63,568 bases of DNA, from NCBI GenBank assembly GCA_012862495.1, contig BLSG01000084.1, positions 134,696 through 198,263 of the forward strand. Reading direction: 5' to 3'. A model generated the notes under the pieces. It did no database searches and had not been told where the DNA came from. It saw nothing but the letters and a program-made list of their open reading frames with translations. Shown piece after piece: positions 60,067 to 63,568 of this stretch (the stretch's first letter is position 1; the number at the start of each line of letters is the position of its first letter). This stretch comes from Thraustochytrium aureum. Its lineage: Eukaryota. The position numbers and the translations under genes are program-made.

Positions 60067-61885
60067 ATGGCAGGGATGGACGGCGCCGCGTGGCGCGCGG
60101 TCGTGAGCGGCGTGGCGATCGGCGTGGTCGCCACGGGAGTGCTCATGGTCGCCCTGCTGGCAGCTGTGCCCGACGGGAAGAAGGCCAGAAAGGCGCCCAC
60201 GGCGCGGAAGAAGTATGGCAAGCAAGGCGGCCGGCGAGGCGGGTCGGGGAATGGGAGAGCGCAGTATGAGGCGCGAGAGCAGGCGAGGGCGCAAGGACGG
60301 CTCGAGATGAAATGAGAGCTGCTCAGGTGGATGGGGCGGTGCCGGGGAGGGCGGCGCGGCCGTTGTCGAAAGAGGCCCAGCACGAAGTGGACGTGAAAAA
60401 CATGTTGGCCCGCAAGCTGCTCGCAGACCCCTCGTTCCAGCTGGACGCGGGAGAGCGGGCTGCGGGCCAAAGCAGCGCGCGAACTGCGGAGGAAAAGCTG
60501 GGCGAGATGGTGCGCGAAAGTATGAAGGACGCCATGTGGGAGCACGTAGAGCTCGAGCTGCAGGCCGGGGAGACGTCGCGCCTCTTCGCCCTCGTGGAGG
60601 AGCTCAAGGCCAGAGTGAGCGCGCTGACGCCAAACCGCGCAGACCTCCAACGCGAGATTGACGACGCGATCGACCTGGAGCTCTTGAGCCAACAGCTGCA
60701 GGCGAGCAACATGGAGCTGGAGATTTTGCCGCTGGTGACATTCGTTGTGTCGCGCATCCGCGCCCTGGAGGCGCCGGCGCGGAACGCGGCGACCGATTCG
60801 TGGCTTGAAGAGTTTTGCCAGCGTGCGTCGCAGGGCGGGGCAGCGCGCATCAAGCTCCTTCGCAGCTTTTTCGACTTTGCGCACGACAAGATCGACCTCA
60901 TCTCCATCGACACCGCGAACGCCTACCTGCGCTCGATCGCGCCCACGGTGCAGGAGCACGGCGTCGACTACTACCGCGACAGGTTTGCGGTGCGCGTGCG
61001 GCAAGGCGAGGTCACGCTCGAGCGGACCAAGGCGTGGGCCGCGGCAGTTCGCGCTGGGTTTGATCAGTCGGTCGCTGGCGCTGGGATCAGCCGTGCTGGC
61101 CCGCCCAGCGCGCAGGAGCTGCACCGCGCAGGAGTCGTCGAGCTGGTTGTTCCGGGCGGGATCTTTTCAATGGAAAGCCGCGACGAGGACGGGCCGTTTG
61201 CGGGTGGCGAGATTCTCCCCGAGACCATGGAGGACGAGGCGGACGAGCTCGAGGCACTCGGCAAGGTGGCGCGCAAGCTATGGCGCGCCGCCTACACGAT
61301 CATGCGTCTGCGGCAGCTTGTGCCGGACGCGAGCGCAGCCATGCTGGACGAGGTGCACGCAATATTGAGCCACGACGCCCAGCGCTTCACCGTTCAACAA
61401 GACGCGTCTGCGGGCAGCACGACGATTGCCCATTTGGGCAGCACGACGCGAGCGAGGGCCATTGTAGAGGCTGTCATGGCCGCTGTGGCAAAGCACCACG
61501 CGCTGGCCCCGGTGGACGAGGCGGCGCTTCGGAAGCTTCTTTTTGATGCCTTTGACGCGGGCGAGATCGCAAAGCAGAGCACCTACACCCTCGTCAGCGA
61601 GCGGCTCAGGGGTTTGGTCGTTGGGCTGGTTGTGGGCCTCCGGAGCTGCGCGACGAAAATCTCGGCAAGCTGCCCAGCGCCCTGCGCGCGTTGCGACTTG
61701 GGCCGATCGCGGACGCGCTTGCGGGCCTCAGTTCGTCGCTGCTCGCCTTTGCGGCCCGCGACTACGCGATTCACGGGCCGCTGGTTTACTCGACGCTGCT
61801 GCGGGACGCTGCGCCGGCTGGTGCCGAGCTGAGCGGTGCGCCGACCGATGTGCAGGAGGGTGTCGGCGAGAGCACATCGGACTAG
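60067..61885 (+). CDS. T-complex 11 (TCP11/Sok1) domain protein with probable N-terminal membrane anchor
   Basis: LLADPSFQL, VRESMKDAMWE, EIDDAIDLELLSQQL, LEAPARN, IDTANAYL..IAPTVQEHGVDYYRDRF, LERTKAW, LPETM, HGPLVY. Frameshifts near 60311 and 61630. Confidence 0.75.
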
Positions 61886-61980
61886 CTAAGATGATGGTCC
61901 ATGGTGTTGCTGGGTAAAAACGTCGGAAAAGGCGCTAGTAGGGATTCGGCTGCCTCCTCAGGCAGCCAGCGACGGGGCGT

Positions 61981-62039
61981 CTTTGTCCCCGACGGAGGCC
62001 GCGTGCTGATCTTTGTCGCCGACGGAGGCCGCGTGCTGA
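61981..62039. repeat. 30-bp direct tandem duplication
   Basis: CTTTGTC(C/G)CCGACGGAGGCCGCGTGCTGA at 61981 and 62011. Confidence 0.85.
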
Positions 62040-62629
62040 AGAGCCCCCAGACTAGACCCGTAGGAACTGGACTGACAACCTAAAGTCTGAAGATGGCGAA
62101 GAGCTACTGATGAAGAGAGTTCATTTTCGCTGCTGCAGAACAAGGGCTTGTGGATGTTCTTGTTTTCCGGGTCGATGCTCTCGCCGCAAGCGGCACAGTG
62201 TGCTCTAGGCGTCGCGATGCCATTCGTTAAACTCGCTGGTTGAGGGACCCTCCACTCCATCCCGCAAGCGTGCAGAGTTGACGCATTGTTTTCAATCCGG
62301 CTCGTCCGCGGCAGCCACCAAAACACTCCGGTGCTTGCCGAAGTGGGCTGTAAGGCGGTCGCCATGTCCATGCTCGGCCATTCGCAGGTGGGCTGCGCAG
62401 ATGCGTCCTTTTTTTATTTAAATTCAAGGACCAGCGCGGCCCAGATCCAAGCGGCGATTCAATGCCTCGCAAGTGAAGGAAGGATGGGAGGGAGGGAGGA
62501 TTGGATCAATTTGGATGGGGCTTCAACGTCGGGTCCACGCAGGGCACAAGGGCCCTTTGAGATTGCCTTTTTTCATCAATACAGAAGCAGAGTGTGCGGG
62601 GCCGCTCAGCAGCGCGCGCAGGAAAGTCA

Positions 62630-63568
62630 CTATGAGGCGGGGTTGGACTGCCAAATCGCGTTCCCCTCGTCCCCGGAAGCGGAACTGCGCACCGAGTCAG
62701 TGAGGGACGCCGTGGGGCTCTTGGGGGTCGAGGCGGCCGTTTGCGTCCGCGAGACCTTCGCGTCGCTCGGCTCGCTGCTGTCCTCGACTTGCGACTTTTG
62801 GCGCTTGGCGGACGTGCGTGCGTCTGGCTGGGTGGAAAGAACGTCCGCGTTCCTGCCGAGCTTGGATCGGCGGTTAGAGCGCGGAATGGGATTGAGCAGG
62901 GCGTCCTTGGAGCGCAGCTTGAACTCGCCGTTCTCCACAAACCGCTTCTGGAGCTCGTCGCGCTTCTCTGGCTCGGGGAAGTTGAGGTCCCGGCTGTCCT
63001 CGCCAAAGTGGTCGATGGCCCTGAGGTCGACCGCTAGGGCGGCCATCTCCTCGCTCTTAAAGCACCCGAGGTGCTCGATGCGCCCGTTGATCCAGGTCCT
63101 GGCAAGCCACTTGCGGTCGCGCCGGTGCCAGGACACGCCGCGGAACCTTGAGCTGCAGGGCTTTTGGTCTGCGGCGGCTGCTGCCGAGGCTGCAGCAGCG
63201 GCAAACGCGCTCTGGAAGGGATGGCCTGACGCGAAGTTGACGATTTGGATCGGCATCCCTCCGTTGATGCCCACGCCCTGAAGAATCTGCGGGGAAGCGG
63301 CGACCATGGTCTGGCCAGTCGCGGGGTTGTAGATGAGCTGCTGCGGAGCGGCCACTAGTGCCCCGTTCGGAAGAGCAACGAATGTCTGCATTTGCGGGGC
63401 GGCTGCCGTCTGGAACTGTACTTGACGGAACATTTGTTGTGGCTGCTGCTGCTGCTGCTGTGCCTGCTGTTGCTGCTGTTGGGGCATGGCAGAGCACATA
63501 AGCATTGAGAGTCCGCTGCTGGACGGGCTTTGCTGCTGCTGCTGCTGCTGATGTTGCAGCGCGTTGTT
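62630..63568 (-). CDS. AP2/ERF-domain transcription factor with polyQ tracts (5' end outside window)
   Basis: SSRFRGVSWHRRDRKWLARTWINGRIEHLGCFKSEEMAALAVDLRA..LNFP. The frame stays open to the window edge. Confidence 0.88.
   Translation of the reverse strand, partial: NNALQHQQQQQQQSPSSSGLSMLMCSAMPQQQQQQAQQQQQQPQQMFRQVQFQTAAAPQMQTFVALPNGALVAAPQQLIYNPATGQTMVAASPQILQGVGINGGMPIQIVNFASGHPFQSAFAAAAASAAAAADQKPCSSRFRGVSWHRRDRKWLARTWINGRIEHLGCFKSEEMAALAVDLRAIDHFGEDSRDLNFPEPEKRDELQKRFVENGEFKLRSKDALLNPIPRSNRRSKLGRNADVLSTQPDARTSAKRQKSQVEDSSEPSDAKVSRTQTAASTPKSPTASLTDSVRSSASGDEGNAIWQSNPAS

Overview
GC-rich, gene-dense, intron-poor eukaryotic nuclear DNA from a draft scaffold with 13 N-gaps. The gene content and short GT-AG introns suggest a stramenopile, possibly a thraustochytrid/labyrinthulid (inference). 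About 20 single-base frameshifts, mostly at homopolymers, split genes across several ORFs and look like sequencing errors. Reconstructed genes in order: (1) a ~5,600-aa HERC2-like HECT E3 ligase (436-17267, minus) with RCC1, SPRY, NZF, LamG-like, SH3, Vps62-like, PDZ, UBA and HECT modules; (2) a tandem-DEP/polycystin-2-type channel; (3) a TPR plus AspH-type 2OG-Fe(II) hydroxylase; (4) mercaptopyruvate sulfurtransferase; (5) a large, probably secreted protein with a split GH43-like propeller; (6) a protein with [FY][DN]II[ST] repeats; (7) NAA25; (8) topoisomerase VI subunit B; (9) a large low-complexity protein with 14-aa acidic repeats; (10) UBE2H; (11) an organellar-type AsnRS; (12) XRN1; (13) a GABA-B-like class C GPCR; (14) a TCP11-domain protein; (15) an AP2 transcription factor. 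The most unusual items are the giant E3 architecture and the DEP-DEP-TRPP channel. No rRNA, tRNA, CRISPR array or transposon was recognised. All domain calls are by eye; no searches were run.
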